In this document: one piece after another, positions 40,271 through 52,070 of the stretch
Position numbering within the stretch: the stretch's first letter is position 1
How the letters are laid out: the number at the start of each line of letters is the position of its first letter
NCBI GenBank assembly: GCA_013239625.1
Contig: MU054098.1
Coordinates: 1,861,104-1,925,103 of the forward strand
Direction: 5' to 3'
DNA: 64,000 nucleotides
Origin: Lama guanicoe
Lineage: Eukaryota
Notes under the pieces: model-generated
Databases searched by the model: none
What the model was told of the DNA's origin: nothing
Seen by the model: only the letters and a program-made list of their open reading frames with translations
Made by a program: the position numbers and the translations under genes

Positions 40271-41557
40271 GAGAGAGAATATGATTCCTTTTAAAAAGTT
40301 CCAGTTGTTCTAGTTGGCATTCAAGTTCCTATAGGATCCAGTCCTCTCTTACATATCTGAAGTGTTTCTAGCCTCTATACAAACTGTTAACTCACTTGTG
40401 CTGAAGACAAACCAGTGTTTTTCAGGTTGTGAACGCTCACTAAGGCAAAAGTTAAAGAGTTATTCTATGAGCTTGAAATGTCCTCTACTAACTTCTCTAC
40501 CTACAGTCATTTAAGGAATCTTAATTGAACACATACCATGCACCTTTTTTTTTTTTGCCAGTTGAAGTTCATACAGCTCCCTCCCTTCTCTTTCCTATTA
40601 TATAGCAAGCCTGGTTACAGCAATCATATATTCAGGTTAAAATAACAGTTTGACAAATACATGTGTGTTATGGGACAATCAGGAGAGATTATTTAAAAAT
40701 TGAGGATATTTGCTCATCTGAATTGCATCAGAGAATCCCTTACATACTTATTTTTAGCATTTTGTCTTTCTAGCTACTCTGGAGTTTCTGGAGGCTGAGC
40801 CTAAGTTTAGACTTCTTGGTACCCGACATGGCACCAATCACGTGCTAGGTATCTGCTAGTTGTTCAGTAAATATTTGTGTTTGGACTAACTGTTGATGTC
40901 CTTTGTTTGAGTTTGGTAACATTCTTTAGGTGTGGCCCACCCTCAGTAACTAGGGAGGTAGTGCACAAGGAAAACCAATGAAAGATTAAATTCAGCAGAA
41001 AATACATTTTAACAGAGGAGATTAGCCTTTCTGCTGAGTAAGCTGAGCCCTAGTAAACTGATCCTGTCTTCTTCCAAAGAGCAATGGAAATAAATCACCT
41101 TGTGGGTGAAACAGAGTTAGTCTCCATTTGCAGGGGGATTTTAAGTGTCTCCAAGGTTTAGTCCTCCACAAAAATCTCCCCATATTTAACATCTGCTCTG
41201 TCTTCAAATTACCTTGGGCATTTTTCTAAGACTCTGAAAATGAGCAAGGAGCTCTCACTTTCCAAAGTGTCCACCAAAGCCAAAGGAATATTAATTAGAG
41301 GCAAGAGGGGAGGGAGCAGGGAGCTGGTCTCACCAAAGGAAGTTAGTTTATTCCCTGGGAAAGAACTGAAATGTGAGTTCAGGAGGTAGGACAGGAACCT
41401 TTTAAACTCTTCACGGCTAGACTAGAAATTGAATGGAAGAGATAGATGGGATGGTAAAATGTGGCAATAAATAAGTCAGAAATTTCCTGTAACCTTGGAA
41501 GAGAAGGTGATAGGGTCAAAACTGCTTCAAATTGTTTTTGGATATAGAGGAAAACTC

Positions 41558-41738
41558 TAAGAGTCAGCAAACTTTTTTGTAAAAGTTTGTAAGAAATACT
41601 TACCAGTTAGTAAGTATTTCAGGCTTTGCAAGCTACAAACCTATAATCTCGGTCACACATTCTCCTTTGTTTCTTTTGACAACTCTTTAAAAACGCTTAA
41701 AGAAATTATTAGCAGCAGTTTGTCCACCCTTGGTCTAG
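41558..41738. mobile_element. MER58-like hAT-Charlie MITE, internally deleted
   Basis: Termini agagtcagcaaactttttt ... agtttgtccacccttggtctaga. Confidence 0.6.
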
Positions 41739-44700
41739 AAGGTGGCGTGTGTGTAAATTTCCATTCTGTTTCAACTTGAAGAATATTGATGGTGAAGAGG
41801 ATTCTGAATGAGGGAAAGACTAAACCCAAGGCTAACTAAACAGGGATCCTCAGCCTGCTAGTAGGGCAACACTCCTAGCACGAAGCACTAGCTGGAGGAG
41901 GGGGCCAGATTCGAGTGAATCTAACGGTCTGGGCAAAAGCTATTCAAAATGGAAAAAAAATCAGTGAGTGCGATTTGAGCAGGACACTGAGCATCTGGCC
42001 AAATTAAAGCCGAAAAACTCCCCCAGGAGCTTTCAGAGCAGACCCAAACGCAGTCTGGAAGCTGGGGTCAAGGAGAGAGGCAAACGCTCAGGGTGTTTTT
42101 GGACCACAAAGGCAGGGGAAGTCCTGGGCTTTGTAATTACCAAGCAGCTGAGACTGCACTTTGGGAATAAGTGAAATCTCTGCAAAATGTAACTTACCTG
42201 CCTGGGATCAGTCTAAAATACCCTGATGGATGTAAAGAAATTATGCCTGAAAAATTGGAGTCTGGGGACCCTGGGAGTTCTGGTGCAGGAGAGGAAGAGG
42301 TTAGAAATGTTCCCTTTCCCCTTCCCCCACAGGAACAACTTTTCACTAGGGAGGACAAAGCAGGCCTGAAGGTAGAAACTACAGAATATCTAAAGAGCAC
42401 CTGACAAATATGCTTTTGAGAAACCAAGGGAGGGGCTCCCCCCAGATGTTGACTGAAAAGACCTGAGGGCAACAAGTCTTAAGCTGAGATCAACTTGTCA
42501 GGAAGATAGGAAGAACAATGCCTCCCCCACCCAGCTACAACCTGGGGCTAGAGCATTTAAGACTACATAAATGCTTGGTGCCTAATTGGGAGGAGGAAGG
42601 GTTAGTGTGGGTTAGTGTGGGTGGTAACCACACTAACCACAGGTGTCCTGAAAATAACGATATATTTCAGTTTCCAAGGTGTTTTCACAACCATTGTTTG
42701 ATCTGAAGCTCACAGCAAACCAGTGTGGTCCTAAGACATGACAGAAATCATTCTCCTAGTTTTTACAGATGAAACGATTGACGTTCAGAGGGGTTGAGCT
42801 ACTTGCCCAAGTTTGCACAGCTTGTAAATAGCAGCGCCACACTCAGATCTCTCAAGAGTTCATATCCAATGCTACTTCTACACCGCTGCCAGTGTCCTTA
42901 GTGAGAAAACGCCACGGTGAGAAATGGCTGGCAAAGAAGTACATCCACTGGGAGACGTGACCCATTTGGGAGCTGGAGAAGGTAGGACAGAAATGAACAA
43001 TCAGAAGGTGAGAACAGCAGAACTGTGGAGAAAACTTAAGGCTTTCAGAAGGCTGGGAATTGAAAAGGCTTTTAAACTGAAATTGTTCTGAATCCAGAGT
43101 CTGCGTTCCAAGGAAACAGGGAAATGAGTTTCAAAAATGTTGAGTGTAGCCCAGGAAAGCCACCAAGATGGGGTTGGGATGGCTTTGAGGGGTTTTTACA
43201 TGAGGCAGAGGGGTACACCAGAGCAATGACTTTGCCTGCTCTGTTCATCCCAGATACTGAGGAAAATAGCTTTTATTTTGGATTTAAATACAAAGTAAGA
43301 TGAGGAATTGAAAAGGATTATAAGTGACTCATTTACACAAAAACCTGTGTCATGAAATAGATGTTTCCTTCACCCAACAAATATTTCCTGGGTTCCCACT
43401 ATGTGCCAGATTTAGTGTGTGCTAGGTATTGGGGATACAGCAATGAATAGGACACTGTCCCATGACCTCGGGGGAACCTAAAGTCTAGTTGGGAATTCAG
43501 AGAATAAATAGCCATGAGACAATGTGATAAGTAATCTGATAGAGAGAGGAACTAGGATGAGAACTGGAGCCCAGGGAAAGAGGGGGGGAGCTAGGGACTA
43601 CGGGTGCTGCGAGCCCACAGCACACCACACACCAAGCTTCCCCAACACCCTGACTTGATGCCTGCCCCTCTCCCGAGGGAGGCGAGCAGTAATTGAAATG
43701 CTGGAAACATGATAGTACATGAAACATGACACTTCGTGAAATGAACTACAGAAATTGTGAAACATAAGTCGTGGTTCTATTGTTCTGCAACTAGGTAAAA
43801 ATTGCATTTTTAAAATCAAGCTAGAAACCATGAACCATGAAAAACTAGGAGCAGCATTTCCTTTTTTCCCCTTCTGACACGATGCTTCTGGAAAGGGGGC
43901 TATGGGACTAGAGGGATGGGACACTGAACTTACTTTAAAAGTTTGGTTAGTAATGTTACCTAGGGGAAGAGCGTGTAGGAGAATGTCATGATCCCAGGTT
44001 TATACTCTTTGATCTCCTGGAGATAATGAAGGAGGAAAGTTTATCCAAATGAAGATTAAACCTATGGCTTAGGGCCACCCTGGGTTTAATCCTGCCATAG
44101 ATGGAGCTATTACTAAATAGTAGGGGAAAAAATATTGCCACTTAGGATGGAAAAACTCATACAAACCACCTGTTATTACAAATTGCGAGAATCTCAAGTA
44201 CTTTGTTCAAGCCATCTATTATCTCTCATAGAGAAATTACCTGGCTTTGCCTGGGTTTTTTCCTTTGTTTCTTTTTAACAACCCTTTGTATAGAAATTTG
44301 AGTTTGTATAGACCTGGCTTCACAGATGTTGACTGCTTTACTAAAAATACGATACCAATACTACTACTTACCACTACTGCTACTATTTATGGAATACCTA
44401 CTATGCTCCAGGACTATGCGAACAACATTGTGAATCCTCACATACCTTTAAATGTCTACTCACCATTCCCACCTCCTGGGAGTCCCTCTTGTCGCTCATC
44501 ATCTGCCAAAACACTTTGATAATCTTGGAGGGGGTAGGAAGTCCAACTGCCTGGAACTGAGGCATCTACAGCTCCTCGAGCACTACCCCAAATTCCTTAG
44601 CCAAAACCAGGAAGCCAGGAACACCTAGCTGTCATTGCTTAAGGATTTTCAACACTCTTGCTAAAACCATTCATCGGTTTAGATTAGAATTGCTTGGTAT

Positions 44701-45761
44701 AAGAGCAAACTCTAGTCAGCCCACAGCACAAAATATTACAAATAACAACATCAGCTAATATTTGCACGTGGCTGTCATTTCATCCTCCCCATCCCACCCT
44801 CCACAAAATCCGTGCTGTTGTTACTCTTTTACAAGTGAGGAAACAGGCTCCAAAAGTGCCCAAAGTCACATAGCTAGAATGATAGAACAGAGACTATGAC
44901 ACGAGGTCTTTTTGGTGATAAAGCCTGCATGCTTAGCACCACACTGCCCTGCTGAGCAGGGTTAGTAGGGAAAAGTGATTACAGAGCCTTAATCGCTCTA
45001 GGCTACTAAGTGAACCCATTGTCCTACACCCTGGAATTCCCTAAGAAGATTGAACTGGGGCTGGGGGGGGGTGGGCATAAAGAAATAAACTGTGTTAAAT
45101 GACTATTAAAGCCAGGCATCATGATAAGGTCTCTAAATATGTTATTTCATTTAATCCTCTGGGCAACCCCCTCTTGGTGGAGAAATTATTAGTCCCACTT
45201 TACGGACGAGGGAACTGTGGATCTGCGTGGTGAAGTAATTTACCCCTTTGGTTAAGTATGTGAGCTGTGACTGAAATCCAGGCCCCAGTGACTCCAAAAG
45301 TCTACACCCTTCCCAGCAGAGCATACCAAAGATGGCTTAATATTTAACCCTTCCTGGGTTACATATTTACCCTTTAACAGGGGTCTTTCCTGTGTGAATC
45401 TCACAGGACCGTGGCGAACGTGAAGAGAAGGCTAATTGAGGACTGCAAGGTGGGCCTGCCTTAAATCACACCGGAATGGCATTGACCTACCCTCACCCTG
45501 TGGTTCCTGAAGCAGGGCAGTGGGCCAGAGAAGATAAATCTCTACTCCAGTCACAGCCTTCTTCTCCAACTGGGATAACAACTCTCAGACACTCCGGCAA
45601 CTCCAAAAACAGAGAAAGTACCGAATCAATCAAGAGTTTATTTGCAAAGTGTAATCTCAGAGGATGAACTTCCTTTAAATCCTGCTAACTTTGTACATTT
45701 AAAGAGCTTACTGGCTCAGGAATGTGATTTCCCTCTAACTCACTTTCAGCGATTTGTTTTT

Positions 45762-45892
45762 CTTTTTTTTCTGGGCATATATATATATAGTCAGTTTACA
45801 ATGCTGTGTCAATTTCTGGTGTACAGCATAATAGTTCAGTCATGTATATACGTACATATACTCCTTTTCATGTTCTTTTTCATTATCGGTTA
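45762..45892 (-). mobile_element. Short young L1 3' end with TSD
   Basis: atagtcagtttacaatgctgtgtcaatttctggtgtacagcata. 15-bp TSD cagcgatttgttttt (45747-61) / cagtgatttgttttt (45893-907), differing by one CpG transition. Confidence 0.88.
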
Positions 45893-47229
45893 CAGTGATT
45901 TGTTTTTTATCAGTGACCAAATCGTCTTCTTCCTCTCATCCCACCACCTTTTAGAGTGTAGACTTTGATGTGCGTTCTTTTGTCTCCTTACCCCCACCCT
46001 AGCACCAGCTAATGTGCGACTTTGCAAACAAACCCTACTGAGAAGTATGGACAGTCTGGGCCTTTCCAGAAACTTACGCTGCTGAAGGAGATATGATATT
46101 TAGTTAAGCTGAAGTGAAACCCCCCATAAATCATAAAGAGGCGAACCCAGGTTACTCAAACAGGACCCTAGGAGGTGCTTGGGGAATAGACTTGCAGGCA
46201 GCTTTATTTTTCTACAGCTGATTCACTTCCAACATGCTGGGGCCCACAAGTACCCCAGGAATAACTTGGCTCCCAAATGCTGGAGCAGGTCTTGGCCTTC
46301 GAACACAGTTCTGGTGTTGTTTCCTGAATTCCCACATTGCTGTTTTCCACACATGGATCAGGCTTCAAACTTTCTGTGTCTGGACCACGTGTGTGTGTGT
46401 GCATGCATGTGCATGTGTTTATATGCTTGGGAAGGGTGGAAAGGGGACTGGAGGGAGACCCAAAAGGAAGCCATTTAACCCAACGCTCGTATTGTATGGG
46501 CCCCTTTGATCCTTTACTGTGCAGATAAAGCCTCTCTTTTCTAATCAGCTGGCTCTGTATGGGCAAGGGCTAGTATCCTTGTGAGTAAAGAGGAGACTGA
46601 CTTTAAGAGATATCCCGGAGAAGGCTGCTTTTCAGAGTTTGTTGAAGGTATGTGTAAGGTGTTTTTCTTCTGGGATGGAGGGGAGAGAGAGAGTTTATGC
46701 GGAGCCATAAATCCTTAGGATTTATTTTCCCTGGTGTATGTGCTTGCCTCTTCTTTTGTTTCCAAATACATTGAAGTGATTGAGTTGTTCACCAGGCAAT
46801 TAGAGGAAGATGTGCTCATTTCACACTCCCAGTTGACTTGGTGAGGGGGGAGAATGTCACTCAATAAAAAGCACTATGGTTCTGTGGCCTTTCCTTCTAG
46901 AAGAACCTAACCAGGGATCGAGGAATGGACTATCAGCCGTGTTCTCCTTCCTTCTTTTCCTGTACACTGAGGAAAATCGTGCGTGCAAAGGGAAGACTTT
47001 TTAAAACTAAAATGATTATTAGTGGCCAAAATGAAAAATTGGAAGGTTTTACACTAAAACATTTGACTTCTGGTTTCTCTTCAAAAATCAGAAATCCTGA
47101 GCACATTGGGCCTGCATTTCCCATGGTGTCGACCAAGCTGCCTGCTTTAGAGGGGTCCTGCCTTCTTCTTGGCAGCCTCCATCACTGGTCTTGTCTCCTG
47201 ACACTGAGCCTAAGGGTTGATATCTTAAA

Positions 47230-47556
47230 CATTTTTTTTTTATTTTGGTAAAATAGACATAACATAAAATCTATCATTTTTGCCATTTGTAAGTGTACAG
47301 TTCAGTGGCATTAAATACATTCAAAATGTTGTTCAACCATCACCACTATCTAGTTCCAGAACTTTCTCATCGTCCCAAACAGAAACTGTGCTCATTAAAC
47401 AATAGCTCCCATTCCTCCCTCCCTCTAGGCCCTGATAAGCACCATGCTACTTTCTGTCTCTGTGAGTGTGCTTATTCTAGGTGCCTTAGATAAGTGAATC
47501 ATACAATATTTGTCCTTTTGTGTCTGGTTTCTTTCAGTTAGCATAATGTTTTTAAG
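47230..47556 (-). mobile_element. L1MB-type 3' end
   Basis: ggtaaaatagacataacataaaat...aagtgtacagttcagtggcattaaatacattc...catacaatatttgtccttttgtgtctgg. Confidence 0.85.
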
Positions 47557-50339
47557 GGAGACACTGATTTTTTAATGCCTTTTTTAGGGCATAGACATTG
47601 ATTTCTATTGCATATTAGAGGAGGAATTGCATTTTATTGAAAAAAACTCAAACAGGACAGGTAATTCGGGATGGAGACTCTCAACTTCTACACTTAAAAT
47701 AATCATTATATCCATTCTCGATATATGGTGCTTCTTAATGTACTTAGGCAACCCAGTGTCTTGACACAGGTGTTTTACAGTTAGTGATTAATGCTCCTGG
47801 TCTCCCCCAGAGGCTTCCCCATATTTTACAGTCACGATACGAAGACACAGGGATGCTCTGGGGATTAGTTAAATGTGTGTGGCATACTTCTCTGTATAAA
47901 CTCACTCTCTGGAACTAGTTTTCGCTCCCTGCTCTCAACTTCCACAGCTTTTACTGTCAATGCCATTCATTTAGCACTTAGCATACGCTTGTTAGTTGTC
48001 TTTTTCTGTACATACCCTTGGAGGCAGGAGCCAAGCCTCATCCTTCTTTGTTTTTTCAGCCTTGCTCATAATAGCAGCTCCATCAATGTTTGTTGATGTT
48101 GGCCCCCCTCCCCCTTCCTTTTAAGTAGAGCTGGTAAAGCATAGCTTTACATTCAAACTCAGTTTAAACAAACTGAAGGGTTTTCAGGGTAAAAACAGAA
48201 AGAAGTCTTGCGTGGCAGGAGAGAAGGAACACCTAAGATGCTCAGAAGACCAGGGGAAAGACAAAATAGTGAAAACCTGGGGTTTGCCACAGGCTAAGAA
48301 AGGGAATAACACGCGGCCTGATGCATCATTAATTTCAGAGCTGTGCTCTGCTCTACTCCATCAGAATTCAAAATCGGAAAACAGTAATGCCCAAGGCAGG
48401 ATTTGAGGCGGGGTAGGAGGGGAGTATTAAAACAATTAAGTGTTTTAGAGGTTTCCATTGTATGAAGTCCCCAGTAGCTGTGGGGAAGGCAGGTTTGGAA
48501 AAGTCTTTTGAGGCAGCTTCAAGGCTGGGGGCAGGCATTCTGCAAACACACCTGCTAGGACTTCGCTATTAGAATTTGTTACCCAGCCTCTTCTAAAATG
48601 ACAAGAGATGGAAAATGGCCTATATCACCTCTCAAAAGGGGGACGAGTAAAAGAATTTTGGCACATCTAGGCAATGGAACATGAGCTAGGGTGAAAAAGA
48701 ATGAGGAAAAAAGGAAGTTATCCTGATATGGAAGGATATTTAAATGACACTGTTGAGCAAAGAAATGCAAAGTGTGTGTGTGTGTGTGTGTGCAAATAAT
48801 ATATTTTGAAGATTATACACAGGCATGGAGAGAAAGCAGAAAAGGGACTATGAGAGTGTGGAGAGGAATTCTTTATGGTACTACTTTCTGTACTGTTTTA
48901 ATTTTACCATGAGTGTATTTTACTTTTCCCATTTTAATGGCATTATTCATTTTAACAAGTATTCTATTGCCATTCTGATCAGTAGTGGACTGCAACACAT
49001 ACTCACCCTACCCAGCTCTGCTGTCCACCCCTGCCAAACAACAAGGCTGGAATAATCTTCCTTTCCTTCCCAAACCAGGTGTCTCCATGTCTTTAGTACT
49101 CAAAATCAATCATCTTCCCCATGAAAAATCACCCAAATAACTTCACCTCGCACATAAACTGAATCACACCAAGAATCCATCGCTGCCCGTGCTCTTGCTT
49201 CTGAATCTTTCAGCAGCTCCAGCAAAGCACTCTGTACATAGAGGCTACCCCGCAACATGTCACTAGCCCACTAGCCCATAATCTTCCTGCACCTGGTTAT
49301 ATCCTGGGGCCTAGTTCATGATGAGATGGCATTTCCTTTGAGAACACTTTCTCTTGCATACCTTGGTCCATGGCCCCTCAGAAGGCCCTCATTAGGCAAG
49401 CTTGAATTGGATGTCACTTTCTCATTGGCATGAGTTCAATATAATAGTTCTGCCTTGTCAAGGCCTTACATTTAGACTCGCTTCCTCCTCGTAGTGTTTT
49501 CTAGGAAATATGGATCTGTAGAGAATGGTGGTTTCCATGGTAAATGTTCCCTCCTATTTGTTTTCTCAAGTTCTCTTTGGAGACACACAGCATGATTTCT
49601 GCTTTCAGTACCAGCACCACAATAGATTCAGGTCGTGGCACCACTGCAGAACAGTTGAAAAAAGAAATCTCACCTACCCCGGTTAGAAAAAGAGTGATTT
49701 ATTATTCTAACTGCAGGGAGCCACCTTCATATCCACCCCCAAAACGGTAGGAAAAGAGTTGACTTTTTAAAATAAAGTCACAAAACCTATACACCTTGGC
49801 TGAGAATGCTTAAAACAGATGAGCAGAATTTTTGATTCTCAAATACATATGAGAATCTCCACCATGTGACCGACACAATGAGGAACACATACATGTGTGG
49901 AGTGCTTTGTGGTTTACAGAGATTTCACACACAATTCACTTTATTTCCATAAACCAGTGCCATTAAGTTAATAGAGCATGTCTTACAGCCTTAATTTACA
50001 GACAGGAAGTTAAGCGACTTAACCGAAGTCACACACACACAACTAGCTAGTAAGTGCTTGAGTGCGCCCAAAATGAGTTCTTCCTTTCGTTCCAAATTCC
50101 ATGTTATTCTGCTATTTTTGTGTGTGTGTGCTTTCGTTTCCTGGTCATAAAATGGTCGAGTTTCATTGTCCCAGATTCCGTTCTCAACCCTCTGTGTTCT
50201 TCAAGCAATATCAGTTTTTCACAGCCAGGAACTATGAACACCACATTGACACTCATGAACTTTTTTCCTCCCTCTTGGCCTAATGAATTGAGGAGGAAGA
50301 AAAGTTACCTATTCCCAGAGGGCCGTTCAGTGCCATAAA

Positions 50340-51700
50340 GGTGTACTGGAGCCGGCCGGCACACTGTCGCACTCTCTTAGGGGACTGAGAAACCAAGCGT
50401 CGCATCTTTCTTTTCTCAGCTCGGGGAGAACCGAGAGCTAGACAATAGCCTCTTGTTTAGTTTTATTAATTTTGAGGGTGGGACAAAAGGATCGGATCGA
50501 CGACGCAAGTGACCAATCGCAAGCGAACCCTAGGCCAGGAATCGCCAACCGGCGGCTGCCAAAGAGAGGTGGGCGGGATTTACTCCTCGGGACAGGCTCC
50601 GCCCAGGCCGGCCCTCCCAGCCCGCCCAAGAGGCGGAGGCTCCGCAGAGCCCCGCCCACGCCGCCCCGGCCGCCAGCGCGGCCCGCCGCCGGAGGCGGGG
50701 CGGGGACGCAGGGTTGCGGAGGGGAGGAAGGGGTTGGCTAGGGAGAGCGGTGGAAGAAAGGACGGTGTCTCAGTGTTGCGACCTGGGTGGGGGCCTGCTG
50801 GTCATAGGAAGCAAGAGGGGAAGGAAAACGCAGGAGCGCTGCTCCTTCCTGCATTATTTTCAGCAAGCTTTGCAAGAAGCTGCTTTTCAGCATTTCTGTT
50901 TGTTTTTCTTCCTCCTGCTGTGGGGCGGGGAGCTGCACTGGATCTCCCACGCGACTCCGCTCCGCTGTTGCCGTACATTATTATTGGAGTCTTTGCAAAA
51001 CCCTTTCCTTCCTCTCAGCCAATCCTTGCGTAGACTCTCAGGGATAGTGTACCCGATTCGTGCCACGTTAGTGAGAGAACGAGAGTGCGGGCCCCAGCTT
51101 TCGCGGGAGCGGCCGGGCCCCGCCGTGCATTTTTTTGAAAAGAAAAGCCACCCATTCGTCCCCCTCCCCTACCTCCCATCCTTTGCCCAGGAGCTGCCTT
51201 CATCGCAGTCACGCCCCTTCCTTCCGAGGAGCTTTCTGGCTGCCCAAGCTGGTAGACCCCTGATTTATTCCTCCATCTCCGCTCTCTTTCGCCTCATCTT
51301 CTCTTAGTGCTCACCGCCCCCTCTACCCCCACCTCCAGTCTGTCTCGCCTCCGACCATCCGCTGCTCCACCCTCCGGCCCGGTATCCTGCCTGTCCACTG
51401 CCACCAAGGAGAGCCCGGACGGAGCAGCAAGGAGGGGAGCAGCCGGGAGTTGGGGCTTCCCTCCTGCCCATCCCTGGCCTCCGGCCCGGGACCGAAGCCA
51501 CTTGAGAGAGCAGAGTCGTCACCTTCTTCGTTGCCTTCGGGGGTAGGAGACGCATGGTTACTTTTGCTGGGGAACTGGGGCAGGAATCCATGGTGGCATG
51601 AACTTGATCGTGCCCTCGGCGTGAGTGAATCGATCTAGATGCGTGTGGGGATGCCTGTGCGTTCTACTTTCTCTACAGCTGGCCGTGAGTTTTCCGGGAT
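50340..51700 (+). promoter_or_regulatory. AMOT: CpG-island promoter (probably AMOT)
   Basis: Sharp rise in GC and CpG. CCAAT boxes near 50513 and 51019. Multiple GC boxes (gggcggg ~50571, ccccgccc ~50650, ggggcgggg ~50697 and ~50921). Splice donor at 51543. Gene identity comes from recalled human 5'UTR sequence and architecture, not a search. Confidence 0.85.
51180..51542 (+). other. AMOT: Non-coding first 5'UTR exon (start approximate)
   Basis: Ends ...gccacttgagagagcagagtcgtcaccttcttcgttgccttcgggg|gtagga (GT donor) and contains no ATG. Matches my recollection of a human 5'UTR that continues directly into the 59681 exon. Confidence 0.7.
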
Positions 51701-52029
51701 GTGCAGCAAGTTAAATAGGTTAAAGAGTATGCGCTCCTTTCTCGTCCTACGGAGATGCTAGTGGGTACCACTACTCGAGGGTACTTTTACTTTCTTGCCT
51801 CCTGGGGTCCTTGTAGGTCTCTAGGTAATGAAGCACAAAAGGAATTAAAGACCGGAGGGAACTTGAGGTCTAGTTTAGCTCATCAGGAATGTCCGTGCTT
51901 CTCTCATTGTTAGATGCGTTAACTCCTAAATGCTTCGGGTTGGGGTGGTGGTTCACACTACCCTCCCCGGGGGGCCGTGAGTTCTTGAAGTCTTAGTCTG
52001 GAGTAATCTACAACGTTACACTCTTTTAG

Positions 52030-52070
52030 GTGTGTGTGTGTGTTTATGTGTGTGTGTGTGTGTGTGTGTG
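52030..52070. repeat. Interrupted (TG)n microsatellite
   Basis: Directly visible. Confidence 0.95.

Noticed and set aside
50438..51638. Long ORFs in the CpG island (174 aa, 197 aa, 89 aa, 79 aa and others)
   Set aside because: The + strand ones start at GTG/TTG (no ATG is present), have low-complexity G/R/P composition and reflect stop-codon scarcity in GC-rich DNA; no recognisable domain.
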